A stretch of 34,538 nucleotides of DNA, from positions 1-34,538 of the forward strand of contig DATIWM010000050.1 of assembly GCA_035519355.1 (NCBI GenBank), in the 5' to 3' direction. The notes under the pieces are model-generated. The model was not told where the DNA came from. It saw nothing but the letters and a program-made list of their open reading frames with translations, and searched no databases. The position numbers and the translations under genes were made by a program. How positions within the stretch are numbered: the first letter of the stretch is position 1; every line of letters starts with the position of its first letter. This DNA is from Thermoanaerobaculia bacterium. Its GTDB lineage: Bacteria > Acidobacteriota > Thermoanaerobaculia > UBA5066. Shown in pieces: positions 7,365 to 15,717 of the stretch.

Positions 7365-7835
7365 TTGAATCCGGAGTCGCAACGGCTCGCCGAATGGTCG
7401 AAGGCGGTCCGGGGTTCATCACTCAAACGCCTCTCCCTCGTCCGCCCGGGCCTCGAAAACTGGCGGCTCACCGCCGGTTCCATGAGCTTCGCGGACGTCG
7501 CCTTTCACCTGATCGAAGCCGATCTCTGGCTATTCCGCAAGCTGGCCGACCCCGGCTTGTCCCCCATGGTCGGCCGCGCAGGCACCACGAACATCTCGGC
7601 TCGGGATCAGTTCACGGCTCTGTGCGACAGATTGGAGGCCCTGGGTCAGGAGCGTGCGGCCCTTCTCGGGTCTCTCTCCCCCGCTCAACTCGACGCCACC
7701 GTTCTCGATCAGCGCTTCGGCGGCGTCGTCACCTGCTGGTGGGTCGTCGTCCGCGGCAACCTCGATCACGAGGTGCATCACAGGGGCCAGGTCGTCGCGT
7801 GGCTTCGGGCGGCCGGCATCACGAGCGGTCCATGA
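7365..7835 (+). CDS. DinB family protein
   Basis: 156 aa with a TTG start at 7365. FHLIEADLWLF and the C-terminal DHEVHHRGQVVAWLRAAG form the DinB four-helix-bundle His signature. Confidence 0.75.
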   Translation: MNPESQRLAEWSKAVRGSSLKRLSLVRPGLENWRLTAGSMSFADVAFHLIEADLWLFRKLADPGLSPMVGRAGTTNISARDQFTALCDRLEALGQERAALLGSLSPAQLDATVLDQRFGGVVTCWWVVVRGNLDHEVHHRGQVVAWLRAAGITSGP

Positions 7836-8001
7836 AGGGCGATTGACCACGCACTCCAGCGGACCATGTCGCGCATGTCACCGCCTTGCGCCAGCGGATG
7901 GGGTGGTGACCGCCCGGGAACCCGGCCCCGGCACACCGCGAACCCGGTCGACCTCCCCGTCGGGCGCGGTAGAGTCGGGCTGACAAGGCGACGGAGGTCC
8001 C

Positions 8002-8388
8002 ATGAAAGTGAAGCTGAGCAGCGTCCTCGTCGACGATCAGGAGAAGGCCCTCCGCTTCTATACGGAGGCTCTGGGCTTCGTCAAGGCGAAGGACGTTCCG
8101 ATGGGCGTGGCGCGATGGCTGACCGTCGTCTCGCCCGAGGCGCCGGACGAAGTCGAGCTGCTCCTCGAACCCAACGGCAACCCGGCCGCCCGGACCTTCC
8201 AGCGCGCGCTCTTCGAGCAGGGAATTCCGTTGACGGCCTTTGCCGTCGAGAACATCCAGGAGGAGTACGAGAGGCTGAGGAGACGGGGTGTCGTGTTTCG
8301 TTCGGAGCCACGACGCATGGGACCGGCGACCGTCGTCGTCTTCGACGATACGTGCGGAAACCTGATCCAGCTCTATCAGGTCGGATGA
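8002..8388 (+). CDS. VOC (glyoxalase/bleomycin resistance) family protein
   Basis: 128 aa. VLVDDQEKALRFYTEALGF...VVFDDTCGNLIQLYQ is typical of VOC-fold proteins. Confidence 0.8.
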   Translation: MKVKLSSVLVDDQEKALRFYTEALGFVKAKDVPMGVARWLTVVSPEAPDEVELLLEPNGNPAARTFQRALFEQGIPLTAFAVENIQEEYERLRRRGVVFRSEPRRMGPATVVVFDDTCGNLIQLYQVG

Positions 8389-8425
8389 TCACCGGCCGGC
8401 CGGAAGGCAGCCAGGAGACAGAGCC

Positions 8426-8785
8426 ATGAGCCAGGCGACAACCAGCATCCGTGTTTTCGCGGTCTATCTCGTGATCCTCGGCGCGACCCTCGTCGCGGCG
8501 CCCGACCTCGTCCTGGCGCCGTTCGGCATCCCCCACTCGCCGGAGGGCTGGATACGGGTCATCGGCGTTCTCGCCGCCGTCCTCGGCCTCTACTACTTCG
8601 TCGCCGCGCGGTTCGAGCTGGTGCCGTTCTACCGCGCCACGGTCTTCGGCAGGATCTTCGTCTTCCTCTCGTTCGGAGCCCTGGCGCTGTTCGGCTTCGC
8701 GCCCACGTCTCTCGCGCTGTTCGGGACCGTCGACCTCGCGGGAGCGGTCTGGACGGCGGCCGGCCTCCGCGCTGCGGCGAGGTAG
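8426..8785 (+). CDS. small integral membrane protein
   Basis: 119 aa with four hydrophobic segments and high GC3. No family recognised. Confidence 0.6.
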   Translation: MSQATTSIRVFAVYLVILGATLVAAPDLVLAPFGIPHSPEGWIRVIGVLAAVLGLYYFVAARFELVPFYRATVFGRIFVFLSFGALALFGFAPTSLALFGTVDLAGAVWTAAGLRAAAR

Positions 8786-8799
8786 CCGAGGAGGCCCCG

Positions 8800-9855
8800 A
8801 TGACCGCAACGGTCCCCGCCTGTGCCGCGCCGTCCGCCAGGGCGCCGCTCGTTCCCCACGCGATCACCCGCCGCGAGCCGGGACCGCACGACGTCCAGAT
8901 CGAGATCCTCTACTGCGGCGTCTGCCATTCGGACATCCACCAGGTCCGCGACGAGTGGGCTCCCGGGATCTTCCCGATGGTGCCCGGCCACGAGATCGTC
9001 GGACGCGTGACGCAGGTCGGCGAGAAGGTCACGAGATTCACCGCCGGCGACCTCGCCGGCGTCGGCTGCTTCGTCGACTCGTGCCTCGCCTGCGACCCCT
9101 GCCGGCGGGACCTCGAGCAGTTCTGCCTGAAGGGCGCCGCATTCACATACAACGGGACCGAGATGGACCGGAGGACGCCGACGTACGGCGGCTACTCCAC
9201 GCGGATTGTCGTCACGGAGCGGTTCACGCTGAAGGTCCCCGCGGGACTGGACCTCCCGGCGGCGGCGCCGCTGCTCTGCGCCGGGATCACGACCTACTCG
9301 CCGCTCCGGCGGTGGAAATGCCGGAGAGGCGACCGCGTCGGCGTCGTGGGCCTCGGCGGGCTTGGCCACATGGCGGTGAAACTGGCCGCCTCGATGGGGG
9401 CCGAGGTGACGATGCTCTCCACGTCGCGTTCGAAGGAAGCCGACGCGCGGCGGCTCGGCGCCCACGCCTTCGAGCTGACGACGGAGCCCAGGGCGCTGAA
9501 GAAGCTGTCGGGGCGGTTCGACCTTCTGATCGACACGGTTTCGGTCGACCACGACCTGAACGCCTACCTCGGCCTGCTCCGTCCGGAAGGGGCGATGGCG
9601 ATCGTCGGCATCCCGCCGACGCCGGTCCCCCTCACCGCCATGTCGCTGGTCTTCGGGAACAAGAAGCTGGCGGGCTCCATGATCGGCGGCATCGCCGAGA
9701 CGCAGGAGATGCTCGACTACTGCGCGGCGAAGAAGATCGTCGCGGACGTGGAGATGATCCCGATCGGGATGATCAACGAGGCGTACGAGCGGATGATCCG
9801 GAGCGACGTCCGCTACCGCTTCGTGATCGACATCGCGAGCCTGAGGGAATCCTGA
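8800..9855 (+). CDS. NAD(P)-dependent zinc alcohol dehydrogenase (cinnamyl-alcohol/YahK-like)
   Basis: 351 aa with GAGGAGG upstream. It has CGVCHSDIH, GHEIVGRV, the structural-Zn Cys cluster CLACDPCRRDLEQFC, and the Rossmann motif VGVVGLGGLGHMAVK. Confidence 0.9.
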   Translation: MTATVPACAAPSARAPLVPHAITRREPGPHDVQIEILYCGVCHSDIHQVRDEWAPGIFPMVPGHEIVGRVTQVGEKVTRFTAGDLAGVGCFVDSCLACDPCRRDLEQFCLKGAAFTYNGTEMDRRTPTYGGYSTRIVVTERFTLKVPAGLDLPAAAPLLCAGITTYSPLRRWKCRRGDRVGVVGLGGLGHMAVKLAASMGAEVTMLSTSRSKEADARRLGAHAFELTTEPRALKKLSGRFDLLIDTVSVDHDLNAYLGLLRPEGAMAIVGIPPTPVPLTAMSLVFGNKKLAGSMIGGIAETQEMLDYCAAKKIVADVEMIPIGMINEAYERMIRSDVRYRFVIDIASLRES

Positions 9856-9891
9856 GGAGCCCCGGCGCCCGGCCCCGCTAGACTTCAGAAG

Positions 9892-10116
9892 ATGAAAGAG
9901 CCCGGGAACATCCGTGACGCCGTCCCCGCCCCCTCCGTCGGGCGCGTCCACGAGGACGGCTCCGTGACATTCCGCGGCGTCCGGTATCGATCCCTGAAGG
10001 AGGTCCCGCCCGGGTGCCGGATCCTGCGGGCCGACCTCGCCGCGGAGACGCAGTGGCGCCGCCTCTATCGGGCCGTCGACCCGCGCCGTCGAAAGTCGGG
10101 GGAGAACGGCGGATGA
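9892..10116 (+). CDS. small hypothetical protein (74 aa) coupled to purU
   Basis: It fills the ADH-purU gap exactly. Its TGA (10114-10116) overlaps the purU ATG (10113-10115) as ATGA. GC3 is high. No recognised family. Confidence 0.5.
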   Translation: MKEPGNIRDAVPAPSVGRVHEDGSVTFRGVRYRSLKEVPPGCRILRADLAAETQWRRLYRAVDPRRRKSGENGG

Positions 10117-10997
10117 GCGCTCCACCCCTCGAGGCCGCCGAGCCCCGGTCGGTCACGCTGCTTCTGCACTGCCCCCTCCGGCTGGGGATCGCGGCCAGCC
10201 TGACCCAGTTCGTCTACAAGCACGGCGGACGGATCCTGTACCACGAACAGTACGTCGACCCCGAGATCCAGCATTACTACACGCGCCTCCGGTGGGACCT
10301 GTCGTACTTCTCCCTGTCCGACGCCGATACGGCCGCGGGACTCCGGGGAGTGATCGGGTTCGCCCCCGACGCCGTCTGGTCGATCCATTTCTCGGACGAG
10401 ATTCCCCGGATGGCCCTCTTCGTCTCGAAGGACCCGTGGTGCCTCTACGACATCCTGGCGCGCAGCCAGTCCGGGGAGTGGGCCGTGAAGGTGCCGGTCG
10501 TCATCGGCAACCACCCCGATCTCGAGCCGGTGGCGACACGGTTCGGCATCGAGTTCCGCCACTTTGCGGTCACGAAGGAAAACAAGGACGTGGTCGAGAC
10601 CGAGCAGCTGACTCTCCTCGAGCGGCGCCGGGTCGAATTCGTCGTCCTCGCCCGCTACATGCAGATCCTCTCGAGCCGGTTCGTTCAGGCGTTTCCGCAC
10701 CGGATCATCAACATCCACCACGCGTTCCTGCCCGCCTTTCCGGGAGCGCGGCCGTACCACTCCGCGCGCACCCGGGGCGTGAAGATGATCGGCGCCACGA
10801 GCCACTACGTGACGGAGACGCTGGACGCCGGGCCCATCATCGAGCAGGACGTCCGGCGCGTGACGCACCGCCAGTCGGTCAAGGACCTGATCCGGATGGG
10901 CCGCGACCTGGAGAAAGTGGTCCTCTCGCGGGCGATCTGGAGCCACATCCGCCGGAAGATCATCGTTCACGAGGGGCGGACCGTCGTCTTCGACTAG
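10113..10997 (+). CDS. purU: formyltetrahydrofolate deformylase
   Basis: 294 aa from ATG 10113. There is an N-terminal ACT-like segment ([26 protein letters not shown]) and a formyltransferase core ([46 protein letters not shown]). Confidence 0.9.
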   Translation: MSAPPLEAAEPRSVTLLLHCPLRLGIAASLTQFVYKHGGRILYHEQYVDPEIQHYYTRLRWDLSYFSLSDADTAAGLRGVIGFAPDAVWSIHFSDEIPRMALFVSKDPWCLYDILARSQSGEWAVKVPVVIGNHPDLEPVATRFGIEFRHFAVTKENKDVVETEQLTLLERRRVEFVVLARYMQILSSRFVQAFPHRIINIHHAFLPAFPGARPYHSARTRGVKMIGATSHYVTETLDAGPIIEQDVRRVTHRQSVKDLIRMGRDLEKVVLSRAIWSHIRRKIIVHEGRTVVFD

Positions 10998-11095
10998 CTT
11001 CTGGCCCGAGGTCGCCGGCGCAAGGCGCCGCCGGGAGTAGCATTCGGCGGGACAGAAGCCCGACGCCCGTCCGGGCGAAGCACAAGGAGGTTGAG

Positions 11096-11656
11096 ATGGT
11101 TCCCGTGATGTCGCTCTGGGTTCCGATCCTGCTCTCGGCGGTGATCGTCTTCGTCGCCAGTTCGATCATCCACATGGCCACCCCTCTCCACAAGAAGGAC
11201 TACCGGAAGCTCCCCGACGAAGACGGCGTGATGGACGCCCTCCGGAAGTTCGGCCTCACCCCCGGCGACTACGTCTTCCCCTGCGTCGGGAGCATGAAGG
11301 AGATGAAGGACCCCGCCTTCGTCGAAAGGAGAAAGAAGGGGCCCGTGGCCCTCCTGACGGTCATGGAGAGCGGAGAGGTCTCGATGGGGCCGAGTCTCGC
11401 CCAGTGGTTCCTCTACTGCGTCGTGGTCGGCGTCTTCGCGGCCTACGTCGCGGGCCGGGCGCTCGGGCCGGGTGCCCATTACCTCAAGGTCTTCCGGTTC
11501 GCCGGCGTCACCGCGTTCGTCGCGTACTCCCTCGCTCTCTGGCAGAACACGATCTGGTACAAACGGGCCTGGACGACCACCCTGCTCGCCAACGCCGACG
11601 GCCTCGTCTACGGGCTCCTGACGGCGGGGACTTTCGGCTGGCTCTGGCCCAGATGA
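11096..11656 (+). CDS. integral membrane protein, unknown function
   Basis: ATG 11096 is preceded by AAGGAGG. 186 aa with N-terminal [22 protein letters not shown] and three more C-terminal helices. Confidence 0.65.
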   Translation: MVPVMSLWVPILLSAVIVFVASSIIHMATPLHKKDYRKLPDEDGVMDALRKFGLTPGDYVFPCVGSMKEMKDPAFVERRKKGPVALLTVMESGEVSMGPSLAQWFLYCVVVGVFAAYVAGRALGPGAHYLKVFRFAGVTAFVAYSLALWQNTIWYKRAWTTTLLANADGLVYGLLTAGTFGWLWPR

Positions 11657-12162
11657 GTCAGGAGGCGGCCCAGGTGGACCCGAAAGAGAGAGCGGTCCGG
11701 GACTACTTGAGACACACCGTGGCCACCGTCGCCTACCGCGGCGGGAAGGCGATCCGGGGGGCGCCGGCCGGCTTCCCGGAATTCCGGCCGACGCCGACGA
11801 GCCGCTCGGCGGGAGAGGTGCTCGCGCACGTCGGCGACCTCTTCGACTGGGCCCTCAACCTCGCGAGGGGACGGCCGGTCTGGAACGACTCGAAGCCGCA
11901 GGCGTGGCCGGAGGATTCCGGCCGGTTCTTCCGGGCGCTCGAAGCCTTCGACCTCCTGCTCGCGTCGGACGAGCCGATCGCCGCGAGCCCCGAGAAGCTC
12001 TTCCAGGGGCCCGTGGCCGATGCCCTCAGCCACATCGGCCAGATCGCGATGCTCCGGCGGATGGCCGGCGCCGCCATCAAGGGAGAGAACTACTTCAAGG
12101 CCGACATCGCGGCCGGCCGGGTCGGGACCGACCAGCCGCCGCCGCGGGTGGAGTTCGACTGA
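11653..12162 (+). CDS. DinB-superfamily-like protein
   Basis: ATG 11653 overlaps the previous stop as ATGA. 169 aa. [21 protein letters not shown] and [12 protein letters not shown] are consistent with a DinB-like helical bundle. Confidence 0.55.
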   Translation: MSQEAAQVDPKERAVRDYLRHTVATVAYRGGKAIRGAPAGFPEFRPTPTSRSAGEVLAHVGDLFDWALNLARGRPVWNDSKPQAWPEDSGRFFRALEAFDLLLASDEPIAASPEKLFQGPVADALSHIGQIAMLRRMAGAAIKGENYFKADIAAGRVGTDQPPPRVEFD

Positions 12163-12193
12163 GCCGGCCGGCGGCGGGCTTCCGAAAGGGCGC

Positions 12194-12862
12194 GTGCCGT
12201 TTCCGGCGGCTCTCGCCGCGCTGAGCGCTGCCGCCGCCGCCTCGGCGGCCCTCGCCGTGCGCGGCCACTACGGCGGGCCGCGCCGGACCCTCGTCTACGT
12301 CTTCAAGCCGCTGACGACCCTCCTCCTCCTCGCGATCGCCCTGCGCGGAGGCAGCGGCCCCGCGGCCCGTTACGGCGGCGCCGTCGCCCTCGGGCTGCTC
12401 TTTTCCCTGGCCGGCGACGTCTTCCTCATGCTGCCCCGGGACCGTTTCCGCGAAGGGCTCGCGTGCTTCCTCGCCGCGCACGTCTGCTACATCGCCGCCT
12501 TCACGTCGGGGACCGGGTTCGTCCTCGACCCGGTGCCGACCGCCGCCTTCGCCGCGCTCGGGCTGGTCCTCCTCCGCCTTCTCTGGCCGGGCATTCCAGG
12601 CCGCCTCCGCGCGCCGGTCGTCCTCTACGTCGCGGTGATTCTCACGATGGCGGTCCAGGCGACGGGCCGCGCGCTGCGAATCCACGACGAGCCCTCGCTC
12701 CTCGCCGCCGCCGGAGCGGCGCTGTTCGTCGCCTCCGACGCCCTCCTTTCGTGGGACCGTTTCCGGACCTCCTTCCGCGCCTCGCGGGGCGCCGTCCTCT
12801 CGACCTACTTCCTCGCCCAGTGGCTGATTGCCCTCTCCGTTCAGGGCGTCCCGGCACGCTGA
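12194..12862 (+). CDS. lysoplasmalogenase (YhhN/TMEM86 family) membrane protein
   Basis: VFKPLTTLLLLAIAL, LLFSLAGDVFLM and FLAAHVCYIAAF are YhhN motifs. The start is uncertain; I chose the GTG at 12194. The ORF opens at 12020 inside the previous gene. Confidence 0.7.
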   Translation: MPFPAALAALSAAAAASAALAVRGHYGGPRRTLVYVFKPLTTLLLLAIALRGGSGPAARYGGAVALGLLFSLAGDVFLMLPRDRFREGLACFLAAHVCYIAAFTSGTGFVLDPVPTAAFAALGLVLLRLLWPGIPGRLRAPVVLYVAVILTMAVQATGRALRIHDEPSLLAAAGAALFVASDALLSWDRFRTSFRASRGAVLSTYFLAQWLIALSVQGVPAR

Positions 12863-12891
12863 GCGCCCGCCCGGCTCACGGGACGATCCGG

Positions 12892-12913
12892 CCGCGCCGG
12901 ACCGATATCATGG
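12892..12913 (+). repeat. recurrent intergenic motif, degenerate copy J
   Basis: ccgcgccgGACCGATATCATgg. It matches the core with a 1-nt gap, and TATCAT is -10-like. It ends 37 nt upstream of ATG 12951. Confidence 0.35.
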
Positions 12914-12950
12914 CCGGCGCGGCCCCCGGGGCCGGGGGCGGAGGTGGTGC

Positions 12951-13250
12951 ATGCTCGTCTTTCCGCAGATTCTCCTCTCCGTGATTCTCGTGTCGTGCCC
13001 GACGCCCTCTCCGGCGCAGCAGGGCGGCGCGCCCGCGGGGCGGCCCGTGACCTGCACGTTCTCGAATCCGTCGTATTCGGGCTACTGCAAGGCGTCGGCG
13101 TCGGCCGCGAAGGAGCAGTCGGCGGCCGACGCGTGTCAGGAGATCCTCGACTGCCTGAACAACGTGCAGTGCTCGAAGACCTACTGCAACGCGACGCAGA
13201 TCCGGGGCGGATGGAACCTGGTGTCGGCCGAAGAGGGACCGGGAAACTAG
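12951..13250 (+). CDS. small cysteine-rich lipoprotein, unknown function
   Basis: GGAGGTGG lies upstream of ATG 12951. 99 aa with a signal peptide and lipobox-like LVSC. The mature part has six more Cys (CTF, YCKAS, DACQEILDCLNNVQCSKTYC). Confidence 0.6.
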   Translation: MLVFPQILLSVILVSCPTPSPAQQGGAPAGRPVTCTFSNPSYSGYCKASASAAKEQSAADACQEILDCLNNVQCSKTYCNATQIRGGWNLVSAEEGPGN

Positions 13251-13281
13251 GCCGGTCGAACCGGCCGCGAGGAGAGCCTTG

Positions 13282-13821
13282 ATGACCCGTACGCCCGGCG
13301 CCGCCCGGTTTCTTCCGGTCCTTGCGATCCTCCTCGCCGCGGCGGCGGCGGCCCAGCAACCCTCCGCACCGCCGCCGCCGTCGCCGACGAGCACTCCCGA
13401 GGGCCTCGTGGCCGAGTTCTACAGGACCGTCTCGTGGAAGGCCGGGGAGACAGCCGACTGGGCGAAGGTCCGCTCGCTCTTCTTCCCGAACGCCGCGATC
13501 TTCCTCCGGACGAGCCGGACGGCATCGGCCGCCTTCACGGTCGAGGGGTTCATCGACGACTTCGTCACCTTCGCCAACCGGGACGAAGTGAGGAAGAACG
13601 GCTTCGGGGAGCGAATCGTGACGATGAGGCCGACGGTCTTCCGCGACATCGCGCAGATCCTGGTCCTCTACGAGGCGCAGATCCCGAACAGTCCGCGCGG
13701 GCCGCAGCAGGGAGTCGACAGCTTCCAGCTCGTGAAAACCGAAGGGCGCTGGTGGATCCTCGGCATCGCGAACGACATCGTGACGGCCGAGAACCCCGTC
13801 CCGCCGGCCCTCCGGAACTGA
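13282..13821 (+). CDS. secreted NTF2/SnoaL-like fold protein (hypothetical)
   Basis: Signal peptide FLPVLAILLAAAAAAQQ followed by a Pro-rich linker. The roughly 130-aa domain ending GRWWILGIANDIV is typical of NTF2-like proteins. Confidence 0.55.
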   Translation: MTRTPGAARFLPVLAILLAAAAAAQQPSAPPPPSPTSTPEGLVAEFYRTVSWKAGETADWAKVRSLFFPNAAIFLRTSRTASAAFTVEGFIDDFVTFANRDEVRKNGFGERIVTMRPTVFRDIAQILVLYEAQIPNSPRGPQQGVDSFQLVKTEGRWWILGIANDIVTAENPVPPALRN

Positions 13822-13877
13822 CGCGTCCCGGCGCGCCCGACTGACGGAAACGCCCCTCCCCTGCTATCGTTTGGGGA

Positions 13878-14240
13878 ATGGCTCATCCCGTCCCCGCCCG
13901 CCGGATCGCCCGGTGGCTCCTGCCGTCGGCCTTCGGTCTGGTCCTTCTCTTCCTGCTCCCGGAGCCGATCTGGCCCATCGCCTTCCTGCCGGCCCTCGCC
14001 GGAATGGTGCGTTCCAGCCGGAAGGACGACCTCTACCGGCCCCTGAAGTTCGGGTTCGTTCTCGCCTGCATGAGCCCGATCCTGATCCTGAGCGGGATCG
14101 CGCTCCTTTTCTACGTCGTGCCGTCGCTTCGCGACGGCCTGCCGCCCGACGGGGTCGTCCGCCTCGTCCTCTTCCTGGGCTGGACCCTCTCGGCCTACAA
14201 CCTCTGGCGGCACTCCCTCCGCCCGCGCGACGCGGGCTGA
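13878..14240 (+). CDS. small integral membrane protein
   Basis: 120 aa with three or four TM segments. A TATCGT -10-like hexamer lies 8 nt upstream of the ATG, and CTGACG lies 18 nt further up. The mRNA may be near-leaderless. Confidence 0.55.
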   Translation: MAHPVPARRIARWLLPSAFGLVLLFLLPEPIWPIAFLPALAGMVRSSRKDDLYRPLKFGFVLACMSPILILSGIALLFYVVPSLRDGLPPDGVVRLVLFLGWTLSAYNLWRHSLRPRDAG

Positions 14241-14256
14241 CGTCCGCCGGTAGGCG

Positions 14257-14850
14257 CTACTTCTTCGCCGGGGCCTTCGACGCCGGCTCCACCGAGATGG
14301 CGAGCGCCTCGGAGTAGGTGATCTCGACGAGGTCGCCCACTTTCACCTTCTTGAGGTTCTTCGGGTCGCGCGCGGTCACCTCGACGCTCTTGCCTTCCGG
14401 TCCCTTGAGGGTCACCGTCCCTTTCTTCAGGTCGATGGCTTCGATCGTCGCGACGACGGTAACCGTCTGGCCGCTGACACCGGGACCCTTCGGGCCCCCG
14501 GCCGCGGGAGCGACCCCCTCCTTCACGGACTTGCCCGGGACGGCCTCGCCCGGCTTCTTCAGCTCGAAGGCAATCGCCTCGTAATACTTCGCGACGACCT
14601 CGTCGCCGACCTTCAGCCCGGAGAGGACCTTGGCCTTGTCCTCGACGCTAACGGTGAACGACTTCCCGCGAGGCCCCTTGAGCGTGACCGTTCCGGCGGC
14701 CAGGTCGATCGCTTCCACGGTCGCCTTCGCCATGACGACCTCGCTGTGGCCGATCTTCCCGGGCGCCGCCTTCGGGTCCTCGGCCTGCGCCGGGAGGGCG
14801 AAACCCAGCGCGAGCGCGACGGCTCCGAGCGGCGCCAAGATCTTCTTCAT
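14257..14850 (-). CDS. secreted two-domain beta-barrel-like repeat protein (paralog A)
   Basis: 197 aa with signal peptide MKKILAPLGAVALALGFALPAQA. It has two internal repeats: ATVEAIDLAAGTVTLKGPRGKSFTVSVEDKAKVLSGLKVGDEVVAKYYEAIAFELKKPG and ATIEAIDLKKGTVTLKGPEGKSVEVTARDPKNLKKVKVGDLVEITYSEALAISVEPA. Confidence 0.75.
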   Translation of the reverse strand: MKKILAPLGAVALALGFALPAQAEDPKAAPGKIGHSEVVMAKATVEAIDLAAGTVTLKGPRGKSFTVSVEDKAKVLSGLKVGDEVVAKYYEAIAFELKKPGEAVPGKSVKEGVAPAAGGPKGPGVSGQTVTVVATIEAIDLKKGTVTLKGPEGKSVEVTARDPKNLKKVKVGDLVEITYSEALAISVEPASKAPAKK

Positions 14851-14926
14851 GGCCTCTCCCTTCGAGACGAAGGCCCCACGTCAGGACGGGCGTCCCCGCG
14901 CGGGGCCTCGATTTGGCGAATGACGG

Positions 14927-15517
14927 TTACTTCGACGCGGGAGCTTTCGGGGCCGCCTCGACCGAGATGGCGAGGGCCTGCGTGTAGGTCACCTCGACTT
15001 TGTCGCCGACCTTCAGCCCCTCGATCTTCTTGGGGTCTTTCACCTTCAGGTCGTAGAGGTTCCCCTCGGGGCCCTGCACCGTGACGGAAGGCTTCTTCGT
15101 GTCGATCGCCTGGATGACGACCGTCACCTTGACCTGGGAGGCGATCACGCCTGCGGGCTTCTCGCCGGGGGCGGCCTTGGCGGCCGCCTCGGTCAGGCTC
15201 GCGCCCGGTCCGGCCGCGCCGGGCTTCTTCAGGTCGAAGGCGATGGCCTCGACGTAGCGGGCGACGACGAGGTCACCCACCCTGATCTGCGGGAAGTTCT
15301 TGACGGCCTCGGGGACCTGGAGGGAGACGACTTTTCCCCCCTCGCCCTTGAGCAGCAGGACGCGCGTGTCCGGAGCGATCGCGCCGACGGTGGCCTTCAC
15401 CGTGACGGCCTCGACGGCGCTGGCCCCGGCGAAGGTCTTCTGGTCCTCGGCCGCCGCGGTCGTCGCCCATACGGCGGCGACGGCGAATACGACGAGGGCG
15501 GTGACGGCTTTCTTCAT
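14927..15517 (-). CDS. secreted two-domain beta-barrel-like repeat protein (paralog B)
   Basis: 196 aa with signal peptide MKKAVTALVVFAVAAVWATTAAA. The architecture matches 14257..14850 (VKATVGAIAPDTRVLLLKGEGGKVVSLQV...RVGDLVVARYVEAIAFDLKKPG; VIQAIDTKKPSVTVQGPEGNLYDLKVKDPKKIEGLKVGDKVEVTYTQALAISVEAA). Confidence 0.75.
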   Translation of the reverse strand: MKKAVTALVVFAVAAVWATTAAAEDQKTFAGASAVEAVTVKATVGAIAPDTRVLLLKGEGGKVVSLQVPEAVKNFPQIRVGDLVVARYVEAIAFDLKKPGAAGPGASLTEAAAKAAPGEKPAGVIASQVKVTVVIQAIDTKKPSVTVQGPEGNLYDLKVKDPKKIEGLKVGDKVEVTYTQALAISVEAAPKAPASK

Positions 15518-15537
15518 TGAGTTTCCCCTTTCGCTAT

Positions 15538-15549
15538 TTCTGAACAGAA
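15538..15549. promoter_or_regulatory. inverted repeat TTCTG-AA-CAGAA upstream of paralog B (possible operator)
   Basis: It lies 21-32 nt upstream of the minus-strand start at 15517, in the AT-richest part of the 200-nt divergent intergenic region. Confidence 0.3.
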
Positions 15550-15644
15550 GTTGGCTTTGCTTTCCGACCGGCCAATCTATGCGCCCCTCCTGCGCCTGTC
15601 AACGTCCGCTCCTGCCGGCGAAGGGCTCCGCGGCTCCCCCGGAG

Positions 15645-15667
15645 ACCCCTCCGAGGGGTATGCTTTT
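15645..15667 (+). terminator. intrinsic-terminator-like hairpin with T-tract in a 5' leader or sRNA context
   Basis: ACCCCT ccg AGGGGT followed by ATGCTTTTGG. It is plus-oriented, 51 nt upstream of the GTG at 15718. No plus-strand gene ends upstream of it. Confidence 0.35.
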
Positions 15668-15717
15668 GGTGCGGCGGACGCGCCCGCCGCGGGTCCCGCC
15701 GCGGCAGTTGAAAGGCG

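Noticed and set aside
8629-10125. Very long antisense or alternate-frame ORFs in the track. Examples are 8629..10125(-), 19064..21322(-), 21753..23987(-), 25477..27642(-), 27671..29854(+), 29623..31035(+), 17696..19150(+) and 10292..11656(+) upstream part.
   Set aside because: Their translations are Arg/Pro/Gly/Ala-rich low-complexity strings typical of shadow frames in very GC-rich DNA. Each lies opposite to, or out of frame with, an ORF that has a clear family signature and high GC3.
11011-11031. A GC hairpin (CGGCGC-aag-GCGCCG) after purU as an intrinsic terminator.
   Set aside because: It has a 6-bp stem and a 3-nt loop but no downstream T-tract. It is indistinguishable from chance GC palindromes in this composition.
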